DNA of 35,549 nucleotides from Candidatus Saccharimonadota bacterium (GTDB lineage: Bacteria; Patescibacteriota; Saccharimonadia; Saccharimonadales; SZUA-47). The notes under the pieces are model-generated. The model was given only the letters and a program-made list of their open reading frames with translations, was not told the DNA's origin and ran no database searches. Below are positions 7,486 through 16,276 of this stretch, one piece after another (position 1 is the stretch's first letter; the number at the start of each line of letters is the position of its first letter). The DNA lies in the NCBI GenBank assembly GCA_035329185.1, contig DAOLHH010000001.1:1-35549 (forward strand), written 5' to 3'. The translations under genes and the position numbers were made by a program.

Positions 7486-9096
7486 CTATTTATCACGAGA
7501 AATCAACGTGCTAATAAAGCCTGCAAACATCGGATGTGGACGGTTCGGACGTGATGCCAACTCTGGATGAGCTTGCGTTGCTAAGAAAAATGGATGGTCT
7601 ACGCCTTCGATCATTTCGACAAGATGACCATCTGGTGATACGCCACTTGCTCGAATGCCCCATTTTTCATAGGTATCACGGTAAGCATTATTGCATTCGT
7701 AGCGATGGCGATGTCGTTCTTGAACGAGATCTTTTCCATACACTCTGCGAGCGAGACTGCCTTTCGCAAGCACACACGGGTAATTTCCGAGTCGCATGGT
7801 TCCACCCATCTTGTCGATATACTTCTGATCTTCCATGATATGGATGACAGGGTCCTTCGTCTCTGTGTTGAGTTCAATGGTGTTTGCATCTGTAAGACCC
7901 GCATTTCTCGCTGCCGCGATAACGCCCATTTGTAAGCCGAGACAAAGACCGAGGTATGGTACTTTTTCACGTAGTGCATATTGCGCGGCAACAATTTTTC
8001 CCTCTAAACCTCGCTTACCAAAGCCCCCTGGTACGACAATGCCATCGACATTCTTTAGAAGATTGGCAACATTTGAGCTCGTTACCTTTTCTGCATCAAT
8101 CCATTCAATCTGTACCTGATAGTTCTCGTTCCACGCAGCTGCTTTCAATGCTTCAAAGACCGACATGTAGGTGTCTTGATTGTTCAAATATTTCGCAACA
8201 ACACCAACCCTCACCACCGGTGCATCTACATCCGTTGCTCGAGAAACAAGATCTGCCCATTTCTTTAAGTTTGGCTTGCCTACTTTAAGTTGCAGTTTAT
8301 TTGTGATGACCGAACCAATTCCTCGTTCTTCGAGCGTCAGTGGCACTTCATATATAGTTTTTGCATTTGGTAATAAGACAATCGCATCTGATTCAACACC
8401 GCTAAAGAGGCTCAGTTTCTGTATGACGTCTTCTGATGGTTCAATTTCACTTCTTGCCACCAAAACGTCTGGGACAATGCCGAGCCCGCGAAGATCACGA
8501 ACGGCATTTTGTGCTGGCTTAGTTTTTAGCTCACCGCTCGCGCCTAAATAGGGCAAATAAACGACATGTACAAACACGCAATTTTGGCGTCCCACGCGCA
8601 TAGCGAGCTCACGAATTGCCTCAACAAAACTAAGTCCTTCGTAGTCACCTACCGTACCGCCGATTTCTATAATATGAACATCGAACCCTTCGGCAGTTTT
8701 CATGATGTGATCGGCTATCGCGGTCGTGACATGCGGAATAATTTGGACTGTTTTGCCAAGATATTTGCCTGCACGTTCATCTTGAATCACCTGAAGGAGT
8801 ACGCGTCCACTCATCAGCGAGCTTGATTGTTTGAGCTCGATATCCATAAAGCGCTCATAGTGACCAAGGTCTAGGTCGGTTTCTGCGCCGTCAACCGTGA
8901 CGAAACATTCACCGTGTTCGCCTGGGTTTAAGGTACCTGCGTCAACGTTGAGGTAAGGATCGCATTTCTGTATATTTACCGAAAGTCCACGACTTTTCAG
9001 GATGTTACCAATCGAAGCGGCGGAGATGCCTTTGCCGACGCCCGATAAAACGCCGCCTGTTACAAACACATATTTGACCTCGCCTGATTTTCTCAC
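7486..9096 (-). CDS. pyrG: CTP synthase
   Basis: YVFVTGGVLSGVGKGISAASIG, KCDPYLNVDAGTLNPGEHGE, and the C-terminal glutamine amidotransferase GLCLGLQ plus HPE. The start as listed is GTG. Confidence 0.95.
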   Translation of the reverse strand: MRKSGEVKYVFVTGGVLSGVGKGISAASIGNILKSRGLSVNIQKCDPYLNVDAGTLNPGEHGECFVTVDGAETDLDLGHYERFMDIELKQSSSLMSGRVLLQVIQDERAGKYLGKTVQIIPHVTTAIADHIMKTAEGFDVHIIEIGGTVGDYEGLSFVEAIRELAMRVGRQNCVFVHVVYLPYLGASGELKTKPAQNAVRDLRGLGIVPDVLVARSEIEPSEDVIQKLSLFSGVESDAIVLLPNAKTIYEVPLTLEERGIGSVITNKLQLKVGKPNLKKWADLVSRATDVDAPVVRVGVVAKYLNNQDTYMSVFEALKAAAWNENYQVQIEWIDAEKVTSSNVANLLKNVDGIVVPGGFGKRGLEGKIVAAQYALREKVPYLGLCLGLQMGVIAAARNAGLTDANTIELNTETKDPVIHIMEDQKYIDKMGGTMRLGNYPCVLAKGSLARRVYGKDLVQERHRHRYECNNAYRDTYEKWGIRASGVSPDGHLVEMIEGVDHPFFLATQAHPELASRPNRPHPMFAGFISTLISRDK

Positions 9097-9158
9097 GCTT
9101 GTTCCCTTACACTCCTTTAAGCATTTATAGTAACAAATTAGGTAACAAAATACACTAC

Positions 9159-10877
9159 TTATCTTGTCATTGTCGCGTGAATTGCCTGAGTTAGTTCAGA
9201 AATTGCTTGAAAACTGGCTCCGTCGCTCAAAATAACCAAGGTATAAGGACGGTCTCCCCCTATGAAAGCGGTGTCGTGATTATTGCCATATAAAAATCCA
9301 ACTTTATCCTCGACGTAAGTGCCACCAACTCCCTTTGGTATACCGCTCCGATATATCTGTCGTGACATGTCTTCTCGTAAGAGTTGCAGGCTATCGGACG
9401 ATATGAGCTTACCTGATGCGAGATCTTGCATGAGTGCCATAGTGTCCTTTGCCGTCGTATATTTATCTCCCCCGTGACTATTGTCTACATCGGTCGCACT
9501 ATAACCGTTTGAAGTTACATATGACTGAATGGCGCTGTACCCAAAATTATTGAAAAAGTATGTTGGGCAAGCGTTATCAGAAACAACAATCATATCCTCG
9601 AGACATTGACCGTATGATTTACCCAGCGCAGTTTGACTATCAATATCAACATCGCCACTATCAATTTTGGAATACATATATGATGCTACGTATAACTTAT
9701 AGATACTTGCAGTCACGAAAGGTTCATCTGGATGAAGTTCTGCACGTATGCTTGAATCTGTGCCGTCTAAGATTGACACACCCCATTCGCCGGCATGCCC
9801 ACTGTCCCAATCTTTCAGTAGTAAATCGAGCCCAACCGCAGACCGAGAGTATCTTTTTTCTGTAACGGTTTCAATTGCTGCCGCAACCGTATTTCCGCGT
9901 ACATTTTGTGTATTTTGGCTGAATGCGGTCATTATTTTCTCGGTCAGATCTGATTCGTCCAATATTGAGCCTCTTACTCCCTGGGTAGTGCCCGAAACGA
10001 CTCCATCGGTCAGCATAATCTGCTCAGGAACTCCTGCTGTAGCCACCAGTGGCGCTATGGTGCCTGCAACGTATGATTGTACCAAGCCATAAGATAGTGC
10101 GAGTCGAGCTTCTGATTTTAGAAGGTCTGTATCAACAAGTGCAGTCATTGTGTTGCTATCAAGCTGAAACGTTTTGTCTCCTACTTTAATCTCAATACTT
10201 TCACGCGTATCAATAGAATCATATAAATCTGCGACTTTTTGTAGCTCAGCACCAGAAAATTCCGGTTCATCAACAGTTGATTTCACATATATTTTCTTCT
10301 CTGCTTTTGAGACTGCCTTCAGTAGCTCGGATCGTAATCCAGAAGCATCGATTTTTTTACCTATTTTTTCTTTTGTGATTACAGCCACATTGTGCATGAA
10401 CTCGAGTGTGGCATTTTTTGGTTTAACGTCATGCTCCGTTTGTATCGTAGCTATAAAAGTATCTAACTGCTCGGGATGCAGGTAGACCGGTACCGACTCG
10501 ATAGCTTCAAGACTTTTTGTAACTTTACTGACTGGCACCGTGTCGTCAAATAGCATAGTAAATAGTTTTTCGGCATCGTAATAGATACCGATATCAGTCG
10601 GTGAAAACTCAGCAACGGAGACGTCATCTACGTATAGCTCGTAGAGCGCTGATTGTTCCTGTTCAATCAGCTTTAACACATCATAGCGATTAGCCCAGCT
10701 AATCCGTTCGCCCCAAATAGTTTGCCAAGGAAAAGTGCGATCGAGCGTCCACCACGGTGAAAAAATACTTAGTGAAATGAGCGCAAATGATTCTAAATGA
10801 ACTCTTGAGACATGGTGTAGCGTATGAGACAAAAAGTTATGCTGAAATCTTTTCCCAATTTCTTTTATGCTCATCAT
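9159..10877 (-). CDS. Membrane-anchored serine hydrolase with a class A beta-lactamase / DD-peptidase-like C-terminal domain
   Basis: N-terminal hydrophobic segment FALISLSIFSPWW. C-terminal SxxK (TASIYKL), SDN (VVSDNACP) and a KxG-like triad (DKVGFLYG). The long middle region is unassigned. Confidence 0.6.
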   Translation of the reverse strand: MMSIKEIGKRFQHNFLSHTLHHVSRVHLESFALISLSIFSPWWTLDRTFPWQTIWGERISWANRYDVLKLIEQEQSALYELYVDDVSVAEFSPTDIGIYYDAEKLFTMLFDDTVPVSKVTKSLEAIESVPVYLHPEQLDTFIATIQTEHDVKPKNATLEFMHNVAVITKEKIGKKIDASGLRSELLKAVSKAEKKIYVKSTVDEPEFSGAELQKVADLYDSIDTRESIEIKVGDKTFQLDSNTMTALVDTDLLKSEARLALSYGLVQSYVAGTIAPLVATAGVPEQIMLTDGVVSGTTQGVRGSILDESDLTEKIMTAFSQNTQNVRGNTVAAAIETVTEKRYSRSAVGLDLLLKDWDSGHAGEWGVSILDGTDSSIRAELHPDEPFVTASIYKLYVASYMYSKIDSGDVDIDSQTALGKSYGQCLEDMIVVSDNACPTYFFNNFGYSAIQSYVTSNGYSATDVDNSHGGDKYTTAKDTMALMQDLASGKLISSDSLQLLREDMSRQIYRSGIPKGVGGTYVEDKVGFLYGNNHDTAFIGGDRPYTLVILSDGASFQAISELTQAIHATMTR

Positions 10878-10923
10878 TAATGATTTTGACGCCTCACCTT
10901 ATAACACGAATCCAGCTTATAGG

Positions 10924-12171
10924 TTAGAATTTTGATTTTGCGGCATCGAGCTGTGGGTCGCGACCGGCTTTTATGTCGTCAACGGTTCGCTCCACTTTCT
11001 CGTCTGGTTCAATACCCTCTTTATCAATATTCTTACCAGCAGGAGTATACCAGCGAGCGATGGTCACTTTGAGTGACCCGCCGTTTTTGAGATCTATCAA
11101 TTGCTGAACGCTTCCTTTGCCGTAACTCGTCTCGCCTAACAGTGTCGCTACCTTGTTGTCCTTGAGCGCACCTGAGACGATTTCGCTTGCACTCGCACTA
11201 CCTTCATCAATCATTACGATAGTCTTTACTCCTTCAAGGATAGGGCTTTCAGAAGTTGTAAATGTTTTGACCACTTCCCCACCACGCTTCTCTTCTAGCA
11301 CGGTCGCACCTTTTGGAAGCCAGACACTCGCTACCACTACCGCTTGATCAAGCAAGCCACCGGGATTACCACGAAGATCTAAGATAACGTTCTTGACTCC
11401 TTTGTCTGCAAATTCTCTTGCTGCCTTTTTAGTAAGCGTTCCCGTGTCATCTCCAAATCGAGAAATAGTAATTGTTCCTATACCGTTATCTACAGCCCAT
11501 TCAACGCTTGGAATATCGATAGTATCGCGAACAATTGAGACCTCAACTTCTTCACCTGCTCGAATAACCTTGAGTGTTACCGTAGTACCTTTTTCGCCCC
11601 GAATACGTTTTACAGCTTCTGATACGGTGATTCCCGTTGCCTTCTCACCATTAATCTCAGTTATGATGTCTTTTGCTTGAATGCCCGCTTTTTCTGCTGG
11701 CGCGCCTTTGATAGGTGCGATGATAACGACGAAATCACCTTCTTTGCCAAGTTCGGCACCAATTCCTTCAAAGGTTCCATTTAAATCTGAATTAAAATCT
11801 TTTGTTTCTTCGACATTAAAATATTCGGTATATGTATCGCCAACAGCTGCAACGAGTCCTTTTTTTAAGCCATCACTGAGTTTGTCTGCGTCAATGTCAC
11901 CATCATAGTTAGATTTCAGCTTGTCATAAATGTCTTGTATCCCATCGGTCGACAGATCGGTGGGTGCACCGGATTCATTTGATGCGAGCTCTGCAATTTT
12001 CTCAGCAGTGTTAAACCCGACTCGCCCACTTCCTATGGCCCAACCTGAACCGAACAATAAAATGGAGACGGCTGCAATTCGTACAGTTCTCACGAAACTA
12101 TTTTTCAATTTAGATTTTTTCACCGGTAATTGTCCAGGTTCATTCGAAACAGAGTCCACTCCCACGCTCAC
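10924..12171 (-). CDS. S41 family carboxy-terminal processing protease with PDZ domain
   Basis: GIGAELG...IIAPIKGAPAEKAGIQAKDIITEING (PDZ), DLRGNPGGLL, and GSASASEI with the catalytic Ser. Start is uncertain: GTG at 12171 or GTG at 12123 giving MKKSKLKNSF... plus a TM segment. Confidence 0.85.
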   Translation of the reverse strand: MSVGVDSVSNEPGQLPVKKSKLKNSFVRTVRIAAVSILLFGSGWAIGSGRVGFNTAEKIAELASNESGAPTDLSTDGIQDIYDKLKSNYDGDIDADKLSDGLKKGLVAAVGDTYTEYFNVEETKDFNSDLNGTFEGIGAELGKEGDFVVIIAPIKGAPAEKAGIQAKDIITEINGEKATGITVSEAVKRIRGEKGTTVTLKVIRAGEEVEVSIVRDTIDIPSVEWAVDNGIGTITISRFGDDTGTLTKKAAREFADKGVKNVILDLRGNPGGLLDQAVVVASVWLPKGATVLEEKRGGEVVKTFTTSESPILEGVKTIVMIDEGSASASEIVSGALKDNKVATLLGETSYGKGSVQQLIDLKNGGSLKVTIARWYTPAGKNIDKEGIEPDEKVERTVDDIKAGRDPQLDAAKSKF

Positions 12172-12245
12172 TTTCTTTTGCTATTTGAATAAAATACTCA
12201 TGTTCAATTGTACATCATGCAAACGGTTAAAAAATGCCCAACACT

Positions 12246-13367
12246 CTAAAAATGAACAAACCAAAGATCGTAGCGAGCGGACGGAACCGTTGCTTCACTA
12301 TATTGCCCTGTCAACTGTGCATTGTACTGGCTTACCCGCATGGTACCGTCGTTAAATACCCCTTCGACATATTGCACGTGTCCAAAGTAGCCACTCACAT
12401 ATACAGCGACGGCACCTTTTTCAGGTGATTGATCTACTCGATACCCTTCCGCTTCAGCGTGCCATTTCCAGTTTTTTGCATTGCCCCAGTACAAAGGCGC
12501 CTGTTTGCCCGAACGTTCGACTGCCCACGCTGCATATGACACACATTGTCGCGTACAATACCCCCAACGATCAGGACCGTCCCCCGCCGGACAACCCGGG
12601 GTTTCCATACTAAAGGGCCAATCATGATAAGGATACCCGCCATTGGTGCCATCTCCAGATTCGAGCTGAATTGCTGCAAACAACTGACGGTTTACTTCTG
12701 CCTGCTCTGCGGTCAGTTGCGCGACCATATTCTGATAGGCGGCTTCTTCTCCTTCTGTCTTCGCAAGAAGATCTGAACGCTCCTGCTTTGTGTCTTCAAG
12801 TCGCTGCCGTTCTTTCTCGCGCTCTTTGAGTAGTTTTTCTTGCTCTTCTTTTTGTGCTTTTATTTGCTTTGTTAGCTCAAGCACCTGATCTGCGGAATCT
12901 TTTACAGCACTTTGCAAACGTGCTAAATACTCTTGCTCACTAATAAAATCAGAAAAACTATCACTGGCAATGAGCAGTTCTACGGAAGAAGCACCTTGTT
13001 TTTGATACAGCGCACGAAGTGCTGATTTAAGCAAACCCTTTTGGCGTTCAAGTTCAGCTTGAGCTTTTTCGAGCTCATTTTGGAGTTCTTGAATTTTTAA
13101 TTCTATGAGTTCAATTTGTTTCGTCTGGCTATCAATTTCGATATCGAGGTTTTCAATGGTTCGACGAAGCGAACTCGCCTGCTCGGAAAGTTCTTGGGCT
13201 CGCTGTTTATTGGCATCAATTTGGGCTTGCAGGTCGTTAGACTGGCTACGAAGTTCTGTTGATGTCAATGCCGTTGCGGACGGCGCGATAATTGAAAATA
13301 CAAGAACCACACTTGAAAGCAGGTATGGAATTTTAATCAGGACTTTCGTTTTCAAGTAGGAAAACAT
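12246..13367 (-). CDS. Secreted coiled-coil + CHAP-domain peptidoglycan hydrolase (PcsB-like architecture)
   Basis: Signal-like N-terminus, then ~200 aa of heptad-rich Q/E/K/L sequence. C-terminal CHAP with Cys in YCTRQCVSYAAW and His in GHVQYVEGV. ATG 13367 is preferred over TTG 13385. Confidence 0.8.
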   Translation of the reverse strand: MFSYLKTKVLIKIPYLLSSVVLVFSIIAPSATALTSTELRSQSNDLQAQIDANKQRAQELSEQASSLRRTIENLDIEIDSQTKQIELIELKIQELQNELEKAQAELERQKGLLKSALRALYQKQGASSVELLIASDSFSDFISEQEYLARLQSAVKDSADQVLELTKQIKAQKEEQEKLLKEREKERQRLEDTKQERSDLLAKTEGEEAAYQNMVAQLTAEQAEVNRQLFAAIQLESGDGTNGGYPYHDWPFSMETPGCPAGDGPDRWGYCTRQCVSYAAWAVERSGKQAPLYWGNAKNWKWHAEAEGYRVDQSPEKGAVAVYVSGYFGHVQYVEGVFNDGTMRVSQYNAQLTGQYSEATVPSARYDLWFVHF

Positions 13368-13373
13368 AACCTT

Positions 13374-13382
13374 ATTATAGCA
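13374..13382 (-). promoter_or_regulatory. Extended -10 (TGcTATAAT) 6 nt before the CHAP-gene ATG (leaderless-type geometry)
   Basis: Minus strand reads TGCTATAATaaggttATG. No good -35. Confidence 0.4.
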
Positions 13383-13426
13383 CAAAATAGCTGGAAAATC
13401 TCCTTTGGCTTACGTATTTACGTACT

Positions 13427-14368
13427 TTACCAGTTTTTAAGGCGCAAATGTCTATTCATAGCAAGGAGGCTGGAAATTGCACCAATGGTGATACCGACTG
13501 CAATAACAGCTAGCCACATTATGACGAGGACATTTGTGGAAGAAAAATAGGTATATGTCGAGGCAAATTCTCGCTGTGTTGCTACTTTACGACCAAGTGA
13601 TAATACAATCGAAAACACCGTAACATTTGCAATAATCCCGGCAAAAACACCATATAATGACGCTTCGACGAGAAATGGTCCACGAATGTAGCCTGGGGTT
13701 GCGCCAATAAGTTTCATAATACGGATTTCGTCGCGACGTGTGTAGATTGCCATACGGATTGTATTAAAAATTATCATTATAGAGACTGCTGATAGCAAAA
13801 TGGCTGAAGCAATACTACTAATGTTAATGAATTTTTTTGCAGAAGTTGCCTTATCAATCGTTGCTTGAGCATCGGTTTGACCAAGCGAAACTGAGTCGAC
13901 CGTTTTACTATAGACATCTTGTTCAGCGAGCGATTTAATTTCTGGCATTCTATCTAAGTCTGTCACCGTTATCTTATAACTAGCTGGTAACGCATCTTCT
14001 CCTGCAAGTACAATCGCCTGAATCAGATCTGGATCATTTTCAAAATTTCCAGCGAGGTCTTTCTTGGCATCACTTTTTGTCACATACTCTATAGATTCTA
14101 CAAAATCGAGATTTTGTAGTGCTTTTTCAAGATTTTGGCGCTGAGAATCATTAACATCGTCTTTTAGATATACCTGCGCTTTTAAATCGCGCGCGAGCAC
14201 GTTTATGGCATTATTTGCTGTAACATTAAGCACGAACGCAATGGCGATAATCACCAACGCCACCACCATGACTGCCGTGGCGGCGATGGTTAACCAGGCA
14301 TTGCGAAAAAGATTTATAAAACCAGACTTAAATATTCGCTCAAATGTATACAGTTTACGGATATTCAT
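13427..14368 (-). CDS. ftsX: Cell-division ABC transporter permease-like protein FtsX
   Basis: TM1, a ~130-aa extracytoplasmic loop and three C-terminal TM segments, immediately downstream of ftsE. Carries a typical FtsX C-terminal region. Confidence 0.9.
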   Translation of the reverse strand: MNIRKLYTFERIFKSGFINLFRNAWLTIAATAVMVVALVIIAIAFVLNVTANNAINVLARDLKAQVYLKDDVNDSQRQNLEKALQNLDFVESIEYVTKSDAKKDLAGNFENDPDLIQAIVLAGEDALPASYKITVTDLDRMPEIKSLAEQDVYSKTVDSVSLGQTDAQATIDKATSAKKFINISSIASAILLSAVSIMIIFNTIRMAIYTRRDEIRIMKLIGATPGYIRGPFLVEASLYGVFAGIIANVTVFSIVLSLGRKVATQREFASTYTYFSSTNVLVIMWLAVIAVGITIGAISSLLAMNRHLRLKNW

Positions 14369-14394
14369 AACCGATACTCCGCACCGGCGCGGTC
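14365..14394 (-). repeat. Direct repeat copy A (ftsX-proximal): relic copy of the last 9 codons plus stop of ftsE overlapping the ftsX ATG
   Basis: tcataaccgatactccgcaccggcgcggtc matches 14499-14528 at 29/30; the single difference is a synonymous CGG/CGA. Confidence 0.9.
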
Positions 14395-14502
14395 ATCTCG
14401 CTTCGCTTTCGAGACAAACCTACGGTTTTTCTCGACGCGCAGGCAAGTGAATGAATCACTTGTCTGGCTGCTCTTTTCCCTTATTTTTACGCTATATATC
14501 AT
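14365..14502 (-). CDS. Candidate 45-codon ORF filling the ftsE-ftsX spacer, ATGA-overlapped at both ends
   Basis: My translation: MIYSVKIREKSSQTSDSFTCLRVEKNRRFVSKAKRDDRAGAEYRL*. Its ATG overlaps the ftsE TGA (14499-14502) and its TGA overlaps the ftsX ATG (14365-14368). It may simply be a by-product of the duplication. Confidence 0.3.
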   Translation of the reverse strand: MIYSVKIREKSSQTSDSFTCLRVEKNRRFVSKAKRDDRAGAEYRL

Positions 14503-14528
14503 AATCGATACTCCGCACCGGCGCGGTC
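14499..14528 (-). repeat. Direct repeat copy B: the functional 3' end of ftsE
   Basis: tcataatcgatactccgcaccggcgcggtc, 134 bp from copy A. Confidence 0.9.
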
Positions 14529-15179
14529 TTCGTACACGCGGCCATCCTTGATGGTCACGACACGGCGTTTGAGTTTATCTACGATTTCTTTATTATGCGT
14601 CGTAAGCAGCACGGTGGTGCCATAGCGATTAATTTTTTCGAGCACACGAATGACGTCCCACGCATGCTTTGGATCAAGGTTACCGGTGGGTTCGTCTGCA
14701 ATCAATATCTTTGGTTGACGCACAATTGCTCGCGCGATAGCAACTCGTTGTCGCTCGCCACCCGATAGTTCGCTTGGATAATTATCGCCTTTACCCTTTA
14801 GGCCAACAATGTCGAGCACTTTTGGCACCGTGTGACGAATTTCTTTATTGCTCATACCGACGATTTCGAGTGCGAAAGCAACATTTTCAAATACCGTTCT
14901 GTTCGAAAGTAATTTAAAATCCTGAAAGACAACACCTATTTTGCGTCGTAAAAATGGGATATCTTTATCTCTTAGGCGTTCGTAATCTATGCCACCGACG
15001 ATTATTTTGCCACTCGTTGGCTTTTCTTCTCGAGTTAATAGTTTTAGCAGTGTTGATTTCCCTGCGCCACTTTGTCCTACAATGACCACGAATTCTTTTG
15101 GTTCAACATGTAAATTGATACGCTCGAGTGCTGGCCCTTTTTTGCCATATGTTTTGGTCACCCTATCCAGCAGAATCAT
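14499..15179 (-). CDS. ftsE: Cell-division ABC transporter ATP-binding protein FtsE
   Basis: Walker A GQSGAGKST, signature LSGGERQR, Walker B ILIADEPTGNLD; adjacent to ftsX. Confidence 0.93.
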   Translation of the reverse strand: MILLDRVTKTYGKKGPALERINLHVEPKEFVVIVGQSGAGKSTLLKLLTREEKPTSGKIIVGGIDYERLRDKDIPFLRRKIGVVFQDFKLLSNRTVFENVAFALEIVGMSNKEIRHTVPKVLDIVGLKGKGDNYPSELSGGERQRVAIARAIVRQPKILIADEPTGNLDPKHAWDVIRVLEKINRYGTTVLLTTHNKEIVDKLKRRVVTIKDGRVYEDRAGAEYRL

Positions 15180-15187
15180 AAGCTCTA

Positions 15188-16270
15188 TTATACCAAAAGC
15201 TTAGCGTCAAGATACGCTTCAATAAAAAGATCGATTTCGCCATCTAAAACTTGCGATGCTTCAGTCGTTTCAGCGCGAGTTCTGGTGTCTTTTACCATCG
15301 TATATGGGTGCAGTACGTAGTTTCTGATTTGGTTGCCCCACGCTGCTTGTTCATTAGGTCCTTTTAGCTCAGATATTTTTTCTTTATGTTGTTCAAGCTG
15401 TAGCTGTGCTAATTTTGAACGAAGAATTGTCATAGCTGTTTCTCGATTTTGCAACTGTGAACGTTCATTTTGTATGGCAACAACAATGCCGGTCGGTATA
15501 TGGGTAATACGTACAGCGGAATCAGTCGTGTTAACACTTTGCCCGCCCTTGCCACCACTACGATAGACGTCGATTTTAAGATCTTTTTCGTCTATTTCAA
15601 TCAGTTCTGGTGACTCGACCTTTGGCACAACCTCGACACGAGCAAAGCTAGTTTGACGTAAGTTATCTGCATTAAAAGGACTGAGGCGCACTAAGCGATG
15701 CACGCCGTTTTCGCTTTGCAAACGACCATAGAGGAAACTATATCCCGAGAGTTCAAGTGTCACCGTCTTCAATCCCGCTTCTTCACCGGGCGACATATCT
15801 ATGGTATGCACCGAAACATCATGTTGTTCACACCATCGTGTGTACATTCTGAGCAACATACTGGCCCAATCCTGTGCTTCAGTGCCACCGGCCCCAGCAA
15901 AAATGCTTAAAATGACATCACTCTCATCGTATGGACCGCTGAACTGAAGTTCACGTTTAGCGCGTTGAAATGTTTTCTCGATTTCACTATATTGGTCATT
16001 AATTTCTGTTTGAAGCGACTCGTCGCCAAGCTCATGTAACTCACATAAATCACTAATTTTCGTTTGTAAATCCGACCAAAAGTCTATGCGCTTTTGAAGT
16101 GCTGATTGTTTTTTTGATATGGTTTGCGCGCGCTCATTATCGGACCAAAAATCTACTGCGAGCATTGCTTGTTTGAGGGATGCATTTTCTTCCTTCAGGC
16201 TTTCAATTTTAAGCGCATCACAAGCGTCATTTATTTGTTGTTTTAAGTCAGCAAGATCGGCATATGCCAT
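15188..16270 (-). CDS. prfB: Peptide chain release factor 2, single uninterrupted frame
   Basis: AGAGGTEAQDWASML, GVHRLVRLSPF (RF2-type SPF), and GGQSVNTTDSAVRITHIPTG (GGQ). Confidence 0.93.
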   Translation of the reverse strand: MAYADLADLKQQINDACDALKIESLKEENASLKQAMLAVDFWSDNERAQTISKKQSALQKRIDFWSDLQTKISDLCELHELGDESLQTEINDQYSEIEKTFQRAKRELQFSGPYDESDVILSIFAGAGGTEAQDWASMLLRMYTRWCEQHDVSVHTIDMSPGEEAGLKTVTLELSGYSFLYGRLQSENGVHRLVRLSPFNADNLRQTSFARVEVVPKVESPELIEIDEKDLKIDVYRSGGKGGQSVNTTDSAVRITHIPTGIVVAIQNERSQLQNRETAMTILRSKLAQLQLEQHKEKISELKGPNEQAAWGNQIRNYVLHPYTMVKDTRTRAETTEASQVLDGEIDLFIEAYLDAKLLV

Positions 16271-16276
16271 CGTGTT

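Noticed and set aside
7536-8551. Track ORFs on the plus strand or in other minus-strand frames inside pyrG (7536-7838, 7611-7994, 7705-7935, 7835-8119, 7956-8288, 8180-8551). Similar shadow ORFs lie inside other strong genes, e.g. 9748-10092, 11930-12355, 17388-18017, 19654-20028, 24067-24444, 27042-27332, 28105-28440.
   Set aside because: They overlap well-supported conserved genes on the opposite strand or in another frame. Their translations are low-complexity (S/T/P/R-rich) with no recognisable motifs and no start-site signals. This is typical shadow-ORF behaviour.
15188-16270. A programmed +1 frameshift site in prfB.
   Set aside because: I looked for an early in-frame TGA with a CTT TGA C-type slippery context. 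The ORF is continuous from its ATG, so no frameshift is needed.
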